Shown here one piece after another: positions 27,951-31,234 of a stretch of DNA of 31,234 nucleotides. The translations under genes were made by a program, and so were the position numbers. The stretch is from Verrucomicrobiota bacterium. Its GTDB lineage: Bacteria > Verrucomicrobiota > Verrucomicrobiia > Opitutales > UBA953. Each line of letters starts with the position of its first letter. Positions within the stretch are counted from its first letter, which is position 1. The DNA is taken from contig RFRI01000001.1 of NCBI GenBank assembly GCA_009924535.1, forward strand, positions 1-31,234. Direction: 5' to 3'. The notes under the pieces are model-generated. The model saw only the letters and a list, made by a program, of their open reading frames with translations. It did no database searches and was not told where the DNA came from.

Positions 27951-28358
27951 TCAGGCCTTCTCCAGCGAACCGTCGGCCTTGAGGCGACGGTAGTAGCAAC
28001 CCGGACGGGCCTTGCCGTTCTCCTTCGTGTGGCAGGCGCCTTGGCCGGCCGGACGGACCTTGTAGAGGATCGAGTTCTGCTCGCAGTTGACGCGGACCTC
28101 GAGGAGCTCGAGGAAGTCGCCGGAGGTCAGGCCCTTGATCCAAAGTTCATTACGAGAAGTGCTCCAGAAAGTGGCCTTCTTCTCGCGAAGGGCGGTCTGC
28201 AAGGCCAGCTCGTTGACGTAACCGAGGATCAGGACTTCGCCAGTCTGGGCGTCCTGGGCGACGGCCGGAATGACATCGGCCTGTCCGGAAGCGATTTTAC
28301 GCAGTTTTCCGAAGTCGAGTCGCAGGGCCAGGCCTTCTTCGAGTTCTTTGTCGGACAT
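27951..28358 (-). CDS. hisI: Phosphoribosyl-AMP cyclohydrolase (monofunctional)
   Basis: IPAVAQDAQTGEVLILGYVN, FWSTSRNELWIKGLTSG, GACHT and CYYR. Confidence 0.93.
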   Translation of the reverse strand: MSDKELEEGLALRLDFGKLRKIASGQADVIPAVAQDAQTGEVLILGYVNELALQTALREKKATFWSTSRNELWIKGLTSGDFLELLEVRVNCEQNSILYKVRPAGQGACHTKENGKARPGCYYRRLKADGSLEKA

Positions 28359-28434
28359 GTGTCCGTTTTGAAGGGGTTTGATGGCTCATTCAAGGCTGGA
28401 AACCCCACCCGTTTATCCCTTACGGATTAGGCCT

Positions 28435-30287
<1,853 letters not shown>

Positions 30288-30308
30288 GCGTCCTGACCGA
30301 CGCTGACC

Positions 30309-30340
30309 GAAGACCGGCGGCCGCCTGGCCGCCGGTCTTC
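30309..30340. terminator. Probable bidirectional terminator between tkt and the convergent gene
   Basis: Perfect 14-bp stem GAAGACCGGCGGCC-GCCT-GGCCGCCGGTCTTC followed by TTGTTT. Confidence 0.8.
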
Positions 30341-30354
30341 TTGTTTCCAGAGGC

Positions 30355-31234
30355 TCACTTCACCTCGCGCAGATCCGTCAGGGCGATCCGGAAGAGGTCG
30401 CCTTGCTCAGACCCGAGGAGAAGATGGCCGGCATCGATCCAAGAACAGCCTTCGACCTGGAAAGAGAGGATCGGCGGCGCGATCGGGGCATACCGGGCGG
30501 GTTGATGGAAGAAATCTTCGCCCACGGCCGGGACGTCGAACACCCAGACATTGCGATAAGTCAGGATGGCGAGCCGCCTGAGGTCCGGCGACAGGCAAGC
30601 ATCGGTCACCATGCCGCCGATATCGAAACGCGCCAGCTTGGTCAGGATGGCACGATCGCCAGTTGCGGGAATCTCCGCGCGCCAGAGGTCGGTCAGGGTG
30701 TCTCGTCGATGCTTGGTGAGCAGGTAGAGTTTGCCGCGGAGCAGGAACATCGCCTCGCAGTCGTGCGCAAGCTCCGGGTCCGGGAAGGCCGCCTGATCGG
30801 GCCAGATGAAGGCGATCTTGCGTACTTCCGTGACTTCGGTGGCGCCGATCGCGGGCTCCTTGAACAGCAGCAGGGACAGTTCTTTGCGGCGGGAGACGTT
30901 ATTGCCCACGTCGCCGACGATCATGTTGCCGGCGGCGTCCCCCGTGATCGCCTCCCAGTCGGTGTTCTTCGCACCAAGGAGAGCCACGCTGATCCAAGGA
31001 CCCTTCGACGTCGCCGGCGAACTCCCATCGGCACGGATAGGCACGATGATCGGCTTGTTGCCAGAGTCGGACAAGGTCCAGAAGACGCCCGGCTGGGAAG
31101 GACTCGCCCAGAGAGCGGAACATTCCGGGACGACCTTGAGGTTCAGCTTGCCCGTGCTCTTCAACTCAAGAGACGGCATCTCCGGCACGACGCGACGGAC
31201 GACCTCGGGCTCCGCGCCCAAGCCGACGAAGGCC
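30355..31234 (-). CDS. Secreted conserved hypothetical protein, probable beta-propeller (5'-truncated)
   Basis: The frame is open to the window edge. It has motifs LSDSGN, TDWEAI, GDVGNN, DCEAM and LLTK with short beta-strand repeats. The family is recognised by pattern only. Confidence 0.75.
   Translation of the reverse strand, partial: AFVGLGAEPEVVRRVVPEMPSLELKSTGKLNLKVVPECSALWASPSQPGVFWTLSDSGNKPIIVPIRADGSSPATSKGPWISVALLGAKNTDWEAITGDAAGNMIVGDVGNNVSRRKELSLLLFKEPAIGATEVTEVRKIAFIWPDQAAFPDPELAHDCEAMFLLRGKLYLLTKHRRDTLTDLWRAEIPATGDRAILTKLARFDIGGMVTDACLSPDLRRLAILTYRNVWVFDVPAVGEDFFHQPARYAPIAPPILSFQVEGCSWIDAGHLLLGSEQGDLFRIALTDLREVK

Noticed and set aside
24248-27954. Palindrome CTGAG(C/G)CTCAG at two convergent junctions (24248-24258 and 27944-27954)
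   Set aside because: It is largely explained by two facing TGA stops and the local TGAGC stop context, also seen after pyrD, lysS and tkt. A 1-nt loop is not a plausible terminator.

Overview
GC-rich (about 65-70% in lines counted by eye) bacterial core-genome segment. The gene set and protein style suggest Verrucomicrobiota/Opitutales, which is an inference. Gene order: secA (3' part)-lnt > tandem retropepsin protease > < acidic hypothetical | pyrD-small membrane ORF > < SOUL heme-binding protein | DUF502-recO-like-nuclease/DinG helicase > < nitroreductase < lolD-lolE-lysS | thyA-folA > nuoJKLMN > < xerD | argA > < udg-phhB | RRM protein > two related hypotheticals > < hisI | tkt > < putative beta-propeller protein (partial). 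I found no rRNA, tRNA, CRISPR array or mobile element. Main observations: (1) nuoL and tkt each carry a blunt internal deletion with a frameshift, most likely closed assembly gaps. (2) A recO-coupled PD-(D/E)XK nuclease-DinG/XPD fusion has lost its Fe-S cysteines. (3) A family-4 UDG has also lost its Fe-S ligands and the uracil-pocket Asn, and SecA has a Cys-free C-tail. (4) A leaderless-promoter-like architecture recurs, and CTTTCC appears where a Shine-Dalgarno sequence would be expected. (5) A low-GC tract holds a structured leader upstream of a Gly/Phe/Arg-rich RRM protein. All calls come from motif recognition by eye; no database searches were run.
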